A stretch of DNA of 53,691 nucleotides from Lophium mytilinum. Lineage: Eukaryota. Shown here piece after piece: positions 21,174-31,299 of this stretch (its first letter is position 1; the number at the start of each line of letters is the position of its first letter). The notes beneath the pieces are model-generated. The model was not told where the DNA came from and ran no database searches. It saw only the letters and a program-made list of their open reading frames with translations. Made by a program: the position numbers and the translations under genes. The stretch is from NCBI GenBank assembly GCA_010093605.1, contig MU004188.1:2185918-2239608 (forward strand), given 5' to 3'.

Positions 21174-22859
21174 ATGCTTCGATTGACTTTTTTTGTGGTT
21201 GTGGGTGCTTTCATCACTTGTAGTTTTGCTGCGCCGGTCTCGCAACACCCATTTGGGCCTCATGGAGGTCCGCGGGGAAAGCCATTTACGAGGAAGCATA
21301 AGGACCCGTATGACGGGAAAATTGATACTGTCGCTGATGGAGTTCAGCCCCTACCGTTCGTGAGTGTAGCTTTTTGTTTCAAATTCGGCTCGAAAATTAG
21401 TGTTCAGCCGTAAACTTGCTTTTTCGCTCTGTCAAGACCATTCATATTATCTTGAAACCTGTGTAAAGACGAAAGAGTAAACCCTCAGAACTTCGTGACG
21501 ATATCCCAGGATCTTTAGTACTAATTACAAGGTCTAAAGCGAAATGGCGATGGTGCAAGCGTCCTCGGCCCTCGAAACAAAGACCGCGAACGACAAAACC
21601 CGGATCTGATACGCCCGCCGAGTACCGATCATGGTGATATGAAGAACATGCGTTGGTCGTTCGCCGACTCGCATGTTCGCATTGAGGAAGGCGGATGGAC
21701 ACGACAGACTACCATTCGCGAACTTCCTACCAGCGTTGAATTAGCGGGCGTGAATATGCGATTAGACGAGGTAAGAATTCCCATCTAAGAAGCCCTCTGT
21801 GAGCGTAGCTGATAGATCCAGGGCGTCATTCGAGAGCTCCATTGGCATAAAGAAGCGGAATGGGCTTACGTACTTGAGGGGAACGTCCGCATCACAGCGC
21901 TCGATCCTGAAGGCGGAAGCTTCGTGGATGATCTTGAGAAGGGCGATTTATGGTAGTACGTAAACCTCTCACATGGTGCTTCATGCACTCAAAGCTTAAT
22001 AAATCCACCCAGCTTTCCATCTGGGTATCCCCACTCCCTCCAAGGCCTCAGCCCCAATGGCACCGAATTCCTCCTAATCTTCGACGACGGTAACTTCTCC
22101 GAAGAATCCACTTTCTTACTCACTGACTGGCTCGGTAAATCCCCCTCGCCTTCTCTCCCAATCTCAACTAACCCTCTCCCAGCACACACCCCCAAATCCG
22201 TAATCGGCGAAAACTTCCGCCTCGCACCGGAAGTCTTCAATGCCCTCCCCGCCTCCGAGAAATACATCTTCCGCGGCTCCGTCCCGGGCTCCATCGCCGA
22301 CGAGATCCCTAAAGAAGGCTACAAGAAATCCACCCTCCAATTCACCCACAAAATGCTTGCCCAAGAGCCGTTGAATGCCACCGGCGGCACCGTCCGCATC
22401 ACCGACAGCACCAACTTCCCCCTCTCCAAAACCGTCGCCGCCGCCCACCTCACCATCGCGCCCAACGCGCTGCGCGAGATGCACTGGCACCCCAACGCGG
22501 ACGAGTGGTCGTTCTTCATCCGCGGCAGAGCGAGGGTCACGATTTTTGGGAGTTCGGGGACGGCGCGGACGTTTGATTACGGGCCGGGGGATGTGGGGAT
22601 TGTGCCGCGGAATATGGGGCATTTCATTGAGAATCTGAGCGATGAGGATGAGGTGGAGGTGTTGGAGATATTTAGGGCGGACAAGTTTCAGGATTTTAGT
22701 TTGTTTGAGTGGTTGGGGGAGACGCCGCAGCGGTTGGTGAGGGAGCATTTGTTCAAGGGGAGGGAGGAGGAGGGGAGGAAGTTTGCAGCGGCGATTGAGG
22801 GCGCGGGGGAGGATCCGATTAGGGGGGTGCCGGTGGAGGGAATGGAGGAGGAGAGGTAG
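21174..22859 (+). CDS. oxdC: Secreted bicupin oxalate decarboxylase, 449 aa; introns 21360-21539, 21771-21821, 21956-22012, 22135-22182
   Basis: Signal peptide; PPSTDHG, WSFADSH, GGWTRQ and AGVNMRL. The two Mn-binding cupin motifs are [17 protein letters not shown] and [18 protein letters not shown]. The lid reads FSEEST. Spliced frame is 1350 nt. Confidence 0.95.
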
Positions 22860-23232
22860 TTGTAGGTGTGGTAGAAAGCGGTTGGAATATAGCGTGAATG
22901 TTCGGTTTAATCACAGACTGCTTTCGGGAGCGTCATCATTCGGACATGAGTAAATTATCGTGAAGTGTGCATTAACCAGCATGTCGATGCTCGACCCAGC
23001 GAGCATTTAGCTTTACCTTCGAAAGGATAGTGGGTATCATAGCATCGTCGAGTCTGCGATCGCCCGTGATGTGGTGCCAGGAGTTTGAGCGATTACAGGA
23101 CTAACAAAACTCTATCGTTTGCACGCGTTGGCATCTCGTTTCAGAAAAAACAAATACTTGAAGAAAAGCTTGCAACGCCTCCACAAAGTGAAAGCATTCT
23201 GATGAGAAAGTGGAAAAAATCATAAAAGACCG

Positions 23233-25642
23233 TCATACAAGTCGAATGATGACTTCGTCCGAGCCCAAGTCAGTATCCAATTGAAATCCCTCGGGCGACA
23301 ACCCCTCGATATTGCAAGTTCCCGCCATCTTTTTCCAATCTCTTTCTTCCCAAGCAGCGCAACCGACACGTTCAAATTCGCCATCTCCCCGGTTGGTGGG
23401 AACTAACATAATGCAAACCACCCACCCTCGCTTAGGATATCCCGGACTTGGTTGGGTTTTATTCCAACTGCTTATACTGGTGCATACATCTGATGCGTCA
23501 ACAGCGCCCTCTTCACAATAGGGGCACCACGGAGGATGACTGTAAGACAAGATCCCCAAGCAGTACACCTCATGAGCATGGCCCTCGTTTATGTCGAACA
23601 CATATCGACCGCTCGGACGTTTGCCTTTGGCGTCTAGCCATTCCGCGGGCCAATCCTTTGCGTCACTCATATTCCCCGTTCTGAAGATGGTCCTAGTGTT
23701 CACTAGAAAAGGTGCTTCTGTAGCCCAATGCAATGGGGGGGGGCTACCGGGGGGTATTTCGGCTTTCCTAAGCGTTCCTCGCATGAAGACGTGGGGGCTG
23801 TGATATGCATAGCCATTTAGCCCTTCAGGTTGAATCACGCGTGCAATACTAGTAGGTATGGGTCTGGTTCTCGTACGATGCCGTGACATTTCCCCTGGTA
23901 ATGGGTGGATGAACTGGCGATAAGGACTGCAAACAATTCTTCCAGTGAAAGATGTCCAGGAAAACGATGGGCCGGATACTTTGGTCGGGCGAGGAAAAAG
24001 ATTTGGAAATTCGAAGGTCTGAACTGAAGCGCTCGGTATCCACAGGAAGTTTCGCAAGTCGCTGTCAGAGTCTTTGGCTGCACCCTGGTGGCCCACAATG
24101 AGTCCCCATACGAAACTGAGCCCGGTTGCTTGCTCAATAGCTTTTGCCATACCCCATATTGCGTTCGAACGGTCTGTGTCTATAGTCAATTGTCGAGCCG
24201 TGAAGGTCTCAATGACTAAGTTCCAGCCCTCAGCATCGATGAGGTGTTTGGCTCCAGGTACTAGACTCCTTTGGATGGTTTGGTAGATTGGATGATAGTC
24301 GGGTATTCTCGAGATTGGGAGGCCGCCGTCAGTTATAAGAGGATCGAGCTCATCCGCGCAACCCGAAATACAACACCACAATACCGTGTCATTCAAGAAG
24401 ACAAGCTGTCGAGTGCTCAGGGCTTGCTCCTGCATTATCCATCCCCTTTCCCAAAGAGTCGAATTTTGCCGAGCTCTAGGATCGAAATTGCTACTTCCGA
24501 TTCTGAGGGAGACTTCATCTGAGTCTAGCTCATCGGCGAAATCTCGTATTACTGGCAATTTCAGGTCACTTTGCCGAGTTTCGAGACCATTTCTCGGCGC
24601 AAAGAGACCATCTACCCCGTAAATAGACTCCGTTTCCAGTCTCTCCGCATCAGTTGCGTATATGGTATGTGGTTTCGCTGCAAAGATGGTAAAGAGTGAC
24701 CCGCGATAAATGTGGCACATCTTCGCGCTTTCTGCGTCCCAATCGTCTGGTGAGTCTTGGATGATACATAGCGAGTCAATCCATAAATACCTAATCTTCA
24801 ACTTTCGAGTCACGAGAACAGCGTCACAGAAGTTAGGCGGCATGGAATCCAGGGGTATGCTTGCCTGTCTATCATCGAGCGTTGCTATGGTGGTCGTCAT
24901 AACATGGTTGCTCCATCGGTGACTTAGTGTTAGATACACCCCAGTCTGAGACGGCTCGGTTTGGTGTAAGAACGGATGTTCATCGGTAGATCCGACGTTA
25001 ATGACTCGGCTGGGGAGCTTCCTGTCACTAGATGCTTGGAAGGAGTGACAATCCTTGTGTTCAGATAGACATGTTTCTAGCCAGTAGTTCGACAACGCAA
25101 AGGCTGATTCGGAGCCGGTGCTCCAGTCTTCGATACTCATGCAATCTTGTAAAACAGATTCGAGCTTAGTAGCTGGGTCGGGTGTGCTCGTTAGTAGCCG
25201 ATTCGTTCAAAAAGGGACTGATCTAAGAATCATCGGACATACGCAGCTTTGATGAGTGGATATACAAAGTCAGTCCAGTAGCATGTAATTCGGAGATATA
25301 TCCTAGCTGCAGATTGTATGAGACATTGCTCTCCCATTGTGGCGAAATCTTGGCTTCGAAAGAAAGATGCAAATGTTGATAAGCTGTAGATCCTGGATGG
25401 ATGTTGAAGAATTCCGACTCTCGTTTTAATGTTCGCAAGAGTTTCACACAAAGTTGGCAACCTGAGGATGCCGAGGCTTCCAGTGCATCGAGACTGGGTT
25501 GGTGAGTTATGGTGAATTCAAAAATTGTTACCTCTCCATGATGATTTGGAGAGCGTTGGGCATAGGCCTGGAGATCATAGGGGCCTTTCTCCCAGTGCTG
25601 CATGTATGCATCTCGGAAATGGTTGCAATGATCGCAGAACAT
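23233..25642 (-). CDS. Heterokaryon-incompatibility (HET domain, TOL-like) protein, 779 aa; intron 25173-25242
   Basis: WLETCLSEHKDC, LPSRVINV, YLTLSHRW, DAVLVTRKLKIRYLWIDSLCIIQD, MCHIY and LWERGWIMQEQALS. The N-terminal CDHC...ASSGCQLC exon is joined in frame by a GTATGT...CTAAC...CAG intron. Confidence 0.92.
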
Positions 25643-26199
25643 GATTCGGAATCGAAAAGACGAAAAGACAGAAGCTTGCGAGATATTGTGAAGTAGGTGA
25701 AGGGTTGTAAACCTTCAGCCTGATCAGAGCTGCCTAAGTTTGGCTTGCAGTTGAGCACGTGATGATAGGTCTAAGCAATTGGCAGCAACCACAAGTGTAG
25801 TTTGGGGCGCCATGGACTGCTATCAGTAGAGCATCACTCGATATCGCATCCATCACAAGCCGCGAGATTGACCGGCTGCGAGTCACGTGACCTACTCATC
25901 AACCATCAATTCTAATCTTCCACGTATCTCAGCTACCTCCCTCTCCTGATCTATCCCAGACGTTCCTTCTTAACTGTTTATCATCCATCAGGATCATTTG
26001 GATCTAAGCCCATCAAGATTGCGTCTAAAGACCTCGAAACATATACCCCCACTAAATCGGGCTACAAGGAATGAGGATTTAGCTGCTTAGGGACCGAGAC
26101 CGACGCGTAAGTAAGAGGAATCCAGAGCTCGTTCATGACTTGCGTCTCTTCTCCGACGTGCAACCTTACAAGCGGAAAAGGATGTACGGAGAAGTATGT

Positions 26200-26790
26200 A
26201 CCCCCAAGAACAGCTCCAGCATCAGGTTCAGAAGCACATGAATACTCTAGTCCTTCTCAATCACCTTTTCCAAATCTTCAATACACTTCGATCACGCGGC
26301 TCCCACTCCTTTTAGAGAGAATGCTGGATCTACTAACAGATTACTGGTGGAACATATTCTCGCTGCCACATAGCTTAGCTGCAAAACTTAATTACCGCGG
26401 TTTAATTAGCAAGTTTTCTTTGGAAAAGCCTACTCCGCTTTCTCTATCGGCCGAGACCGAGCCTTACCCCGAGTCGAGCCCACATGTTGGACAATCTTGT
26501 TCCCCTGGACACAAGGTACCAGATCCGGCCGAATTATCCCGCATTCTCAACGTCAGTGCAGTCCTACAGTCTCCCCCTGTACATAGGTACCTAGTGACTA
26601 CAAGGCGGGGCCCCGGATTTGTGCCTAGTAACTACGGGGTGTGGCCCCGGACTTATGCCTGGTGACTGCCGGGCTGGGCATTGCGACTGGAGATATCTTG
26701 GGTCGTTAATTAAAATTGGACTAGCAGATTTACACAATTTTCCGCCCCCAGAGTTGCGCCGTGGTGCGTTGTTAGCAGCGGTATATATAG
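26200..26790 (+). promoter_or_regulatory. abfB promoter with candidate CreA sites and a TATA element
   Basis: SYGGRG matches on the minus strand (CTCCAG ~26214, CCCCGG 26611 and 26645, CCCCAG ~26746) and TATATA at 26783. These are short motifs and may be chance matches. Confidence 0.4.
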
Positions 26791-26972
26791 GCCCCATAGT
26801 TCTAACAGCTGGATGAATTCCGATTCGTGCCACTTTGAACCTCGAAAACAGACATCCTCACAGATTGGGCGCCCAATTACAACGTGCGAGCTTCTCGTGC
26901 ATTCCCTATAGGCAACTTGAAACGCTCTCGGCCTGTCTCACCTTCCCGCACTATTACGAGTCAGCCATCACC

Positions 26973-28481
26973 ATGTCTTCGCGATCAAGCTTTGCACGTG
27001 GCCTAGCCCTTGTCGCCACGAGCTCGCTTGTTGCCGCTGGGCCGTGCGATCTGTACGCCACCGGCGGGACGCCTTGCATCGCCGCGCACAGCACCACTCG
27101 CGCCTTGTACAGCAGCTACACCGGCCCTCTCTACCAGGTGAAACGCGGCTCCGACAATACCACGACCAATATCGCGCCGCTATCCGCCGGCGGTGTCGCC
27201 GAGGCCGCCGCCCAAGACTCCTTCTGCGCCAGCACGACATGCCTTATCACCATCATTTACGACCAGTCGGGCCACGGGAATCATCTTACCCAAGCATCGG
27301 CCGGCGCCTTCAGTGGCCCGGAATCCAATGGTGCTGACAACTTGGCCAGCGCGACAGGCGCGCCCGTTACGCTGAACGGGCAGAAGGCGTACGGCGTCTT
27401 CATCCCCCCCGGCGCTGGCTACAGCAACAACGCCGCGAGTGGTACAGCTACAGGCGACGCGGCGGAGGGCATGTACTCCGTCCTTGACGGGACCCATTAC
27501 AATGCTGAATGCTGCTTCGACTATGGCAACGCCGAGGTCAGCAGTCACGATACGGGCAACGGCCACATGGAAGCCATCTACTTTGGCACCAACACCATCT
27601 GGGGCACCGGCTCCGGTAGCGGCCCATGGATCATGGCCGATCTCGAGAACGGCCTGTTCTCTGGCGCCAGCACTGGCAACAACCCCGACGACGCCTCCAT
27701 CTCCTCCCGCTTCGTGACTGCCGCTGTCAAGGGCGGCCCTAACAAGTGGGCAATCCGCGGCGCCAATGCTGTGTCGGGCGCGCTGTCGACGTACTACAAC
27801 GGTACGCGCCCAAATGCGTCTGGCTACAACCCGATGAGCAAAGAAGGCGCCATCATTCTCGGTATCGGCGGCGACAACAGCCCCAATGCCCAGGGCACCT
27901 TCTACGAGGGCGTCATGACCACCGGCTATCCGTCCGACGCCACCGAGAACTCGGTGCAGGCCAACATCGTCGCCGCCAAGTACGCCGTCACGTCGTTGAC
28001 TAGCGGCCCGGCCCTCACGGTTGGCTCCTCCATCTCGCTACGGGCCACCACGGCCGGCTACACGACCCGCTACCTCGCCCACACCGGCTCCACCGTCAAC
28101 ACGCAGGTGGTCTCGTCATCCAGCACCACCGCCCTCAAGCAGCAGGCCAGCTGGACGGTGCGCACCGGCCTGGGCAACAGCGCCTGCTTCTCGTTCGAGT
28201 CCAAGGACACGGCCGGCAGCTACATTCGCCACTCCGCCTTCCAGCTGCTGCTCAACGCCAACGACGGCACCAAGGCGTTTTACGAAGATGCCACCTTCTG
28301 CCCGCAGACCGGCCTCAACGGCCAGGGCAACTCGATCCGGTCCTGGAACTATCCCACCCGCTATTTCCGCCATTTCAACAACGTGGCCTTTGTCGCGAGC
28401 AACGGCGGTGTTGACGCGTTTGATGCCACCGCCTCGTTCAACGACGATGTGAGTTGGGTGCTCAGTACTGGCTTCGCTTGA
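26973..28481 (+). CDS. abfB: Secreted alpha-L-arabinofuranosidase B (GH54 catalytic domain + CBM42), 502 aa, intronless
   Basis: Signal peptide then GPCDLY...PCIAAHSTTRALY, CCFDYGNAE, GHMEAIYFG, WIMADLENGLFSG and GGDNS...GTFYEG. The C-terminal AbfB domain includes YIRH and RYFRH. Confidence 0.97.
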   Translation: MSSRSSFARGLALVATSSLVAAGPCDLYATGGTPCIAAHSTTRALYSSYTGPLYQVKRGSDNTTTNIAPLSAGGVAEAAAQDSFCASTTCLITIIYDQSGHGNHLTQASAGAFSGPESNGADNLASATGAPVTLNGQKAYGVFIPPGAGYSNNAASGTATGDAAEGMYSVLDGTHYNAECCFDYGNAEVSSHDTGNGHMEAIYFGTNTIWGTGSGSGPWIMADLENGLFSGASTGNNPDDASISSRFVTAAVKGGPNKWAIRGANAVSGALSTYYNGTRPNASGYNPMSKEGAIILGIGGDNSPNAQGTFYEGVMTTGYPSDATENSVQANIVAAKYAVTSLTSGPALTVGSSISLRATTAGYTTRYLAHTGSTVNTQVVSSSSTTALKQQASWTVRTGLGNSACFSFESKDTAGSYIRHSAFQLLLNANDGTKAFYEDATFCPQTGLNGQGNSIRSWNYPTRYFRHFNNVAFVASNGGVDAFDATASFNDDVSWVLSTGFA

Positions 28482-30454
28482 GTCTTTGCGCTATCTTTGC
28501 CAAAGCATGGGCATGTGGCGTGCTGGTACTTGCGCATCTTCTCCTCCCAGCCTATCTCCCAATCTGAACCTTTACTTCGTCTCTTACTTGTCTGTTCTGT
28601 ATATATTCTTCACAAATAAAAACCTCCTGGGCGTGCGAGACTGCTGTTACAGTGGCAGAAAGCCATATTGTAGTAGCATTGATGTATGAAACATTGTGGC
28701 AACGCGTATGTCTCTGCGGTCCAAATATCCAATCTTCGACACGGCTTGCAAGAATGAAGTACTCCGCGCTTAGCTCGTTAATGTTCCATCAGCCCTTTGC
28801 CAGTGAGAAGCGGTTTAGTAATTCGCAAAGGGGCCAATTTTCAGGGGGCCTCGCTACGATATCCCTTGAGCTGTGAGGATCGATGACCGTTGCAACTGGC
28901 GACGCGGCCAAGGTGAGCGTGATGGGCCGCAATGAGCACCTAAATCCTCGTCCATGCGTGTAGTGGCGTCGAGGAATCAGGTCAAAAGGATCAGATCAAA
29001 GGAATCGCGTCGACGAATCGCGTCGAGGGATCTCGCGCTGTAGGGAGAGAGGATTGCCGTCGCAGGGTGTAGGGGATCTAGCAACTAGAGAGCGGTCAGC
29101 TTGTAGGTGGCTAAATCCCATTCAATTTCAAAAGACATGTCCCATACAAAAAAAGCAAACCAGCTCTGTAGTATCTTCATGTTCATCTTCGGCGATGAGC
29201 AGCTTTGGCGCTTTGCTTTGTTTCTTAGTCATGGAGGGTTGTGCGAGGTGGCACCTCAGTGCGCGAAGGCGGCTAAGGTCATGAGGGCACTTGGGAAAGT
29301 TCGGTAGAGGGTGAAGAGGAGGGTAAAGTAGAGATGGTGGAGTAAAGTCTCATGGGACCTGCGTCACGATGCTTCGCGCCCGACGTCGGAGGTCGCGAGG
29401 TAAACTCCAGCGCCGGTCTCCGCAACCTCCTCACCTCCCATTACATCAAGAGCAGCCATACTCGGTAAGTCAATCCACCTCAACCTCATCAGGTACATAG
29501 CTAACAGCATTGCAGGCTATGGCTTCCAACGACCCCAACAACCCCAACAACCCAGCCTTTAATCCACGAAGCCCGGACTATGCCCATGGCCAGCACGAGC
29601 CCTCAGGCAACGCCTACGACGGCAACCAGCCCTACCAGCAGCCTTCTCAAGCTTATTATCAGCCCCAGCAAGCCCCAGCTCAAAGCCACAGAAAGTACTG
29701 GACAGCGGGCGATCCAGACATGAGCGGAGTGGGTGGCAGGCCTCACCACTCAAAGTGCATTCGGTGCCACCGGCTCCGCATGGGCCATGGAGGCCAATGC
29801 GGTGATCACCTAGCCTGCCGTAATCTATACTTCTATTGCCACTCTAGGGGGCATGTGGGACGAGTATGTTGCAATCCACCCACTGCAAATCCTTCCCTGA
29901 CGTGTCTAGGCCTGTGAATATCTATACGTCTCCAAGTCCTCGTGGAAGAGCCATTACACACGCCACATCCCGCCAGGAGCCAATATCTTCCATCCAGACA
30001 CGGCAGCCCAGCGCGCCGCTGCTGCCTCAGCTACCCGCCTGCTGGAGCTCCGCAGCAGCAGAGCCTCCCGACATTCCAGCCTTTATCGCGAGCCGATCCA
30101 AGCACGCTCCCCTGACGGACTGAGCAACCGCGCATACAGCCGCATCCGAGCTTGTATGTCACCCAGTCGCCCTATTGAGTTCAGAAGCTAACATTTACGA
30201 GTGGCAGAGGTCCAGCGCCTCGGGAGGCAAATGAGACCCCAGACCTCAGTCTCCTATCGCAGCTCGAAGCCCAGATCAGAACTCTCACAGAAGAGAGAGA
30301 TGAAGCCATTGCACAAAACCACCTCCAATTTCAAGCAGGCTACCAGCGCGCATTGCGCGAGACCGCTCAATCCCAGCAGCCAAGCCAGAGCTTCCAGCCG
30401 GGTGCAGACCACCATATGCACAACGCTGAAGAACATACGATGTCTCTCGAGACA

Positions 30455-31020
30455 CTCGAAGCGCAGGGGTTGCAGTACTTGCAAGCCACCGAGCAGCCTC
30501 AACGCGTGACTGAGACCTTCGAAGAAGCCGCGGCCAAGTACATAAGAGACACCAACAAGCCTCCAAGCGCGGATGGGGTCTTCGAGGAANNNNNNNNNNN
30601 NNNNNNNNNNNNNNNNNNNNNNNNNNNNNNNNNNNNNNNNNNNNNNNNNNNNNNNNNNNNNNNNNNNNNNNNNNNNNNNNNNNNNNNNNNNNNNNNNNNN
30701 NNNNNNNNNNNNNNNNNNNNNNNNNNNNNNNNNNNNNNNNNNNNNNNNNNNNNNNNNNNNNNNNNNNNNNNNNNNNNNNNNNNNNNNNNNNNNNNNNNNN
30801 NNNNACCAACAAGCCTCCAAGCGCGGATGGGGTCTTCGAGGAAGCTGCGGCGAAGTACATGCGAGACACCGAGAAGCCTCAACGCGTGACTGAGACTGAG
30901 AGCTTCGAAGAAGCTGCGGCCAAGTACATGCAAGACACCGACAAGCCTCCAATCGCGGCTGAGGCATTCATGGAGCTTGCGGTCAAGTACCTGCGAGAGA
31001 CTGATAAGCCTTCGCGATGA
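30455..31020 (+). repeat. Coding minisatellite with a ~63-nt unit (FEEAAAKYMRDTxKPxxxxxx)
   Basis: Units such as TTCGAAGAAGCCGCGGCCAAGTACATAAGAGACACCAACAAGCCTCCAAGCGCGGATGGGGTC occur on both sides of the gap. Confidence 0.9.
30590..30804. other. Assembly gap (215 N) inside the 63-nt repeat
   Basis: A run of N with identical repeat sequence on both flanks. Confidence 0.99.
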
Positions 31021-31061
31021 AGCTGACTACCCCGGCGATCGAAAGTGAGTTGGTGCTCTAT

Positions 31062-31200
31062 ATCTGGTGCTTTCCATCAGTAATCCGGTGTTTTCATCGG
31101 TGGTCTCATGATGCTTTTCATCGTTCATCCGGTGCCTTCATCGGTCAGTAATCCGGTGTTTTCATCGGCCATCATTCATCGGACAGTGTCCGGTGCTTTT
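31062..31200 (+). repeat. Short non-coding direct-repeat cluster
   Basis: Exact 23-mer CAGTAATCCGGTGTTTTCATCGG at 31078-31100 and 31146-31168, plus partial TCCGGTGCYTT copies near 31063, 31127 and 31189. Confidence 0.8.
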
Positions 31201-31299
31201 TCGTAGCCTATACTCGCCAGAGCATAATGGACACTCTTCCGCTCGTCAGCATCGTGCCTTGGAAAGTGAGAGACACATCTCCCCTATGTAGTGCTTTCC

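Larger units (their letters stand above)
29519..31020 (+). pseudogene. Disrupted gene: Q/P-rich N-terminus, degenerate CCHC zinc knuckle, coiled coil and C-terminal 21-aa tandem repeats
   Basis: Canonical-looking introns at 29465-29515 (5' UTR), 29864-29909 and 30154-30207. The knuckle reads YFYCHSRGHVGR|AC. Exon phases at the last intron are inconsistent (canonical splicing yields T|AG), and the alternative frame has TGA at 30113. Final stop at 31018-31020. Confidence 0.6.

Noticed and set aside
25882..25891. Perfect palindrome GTCACGTGAC upstream of the HET gene
   Set aside because: A single E-box-type 10-mer. Similar words occur at ~2202 and ~14367 with no functional pattern.
26835..26972. 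46-aa N-terminal extension of AbfB in the ORF track
   Set aside because: It starts at TTG, whereas ATG 26973 has a good context (CACCATG) and directly precedes the signal peptide.
30254..30967. ORFs running through the N gap
   Set aside because: Their length and frame are artefacts of translating N.
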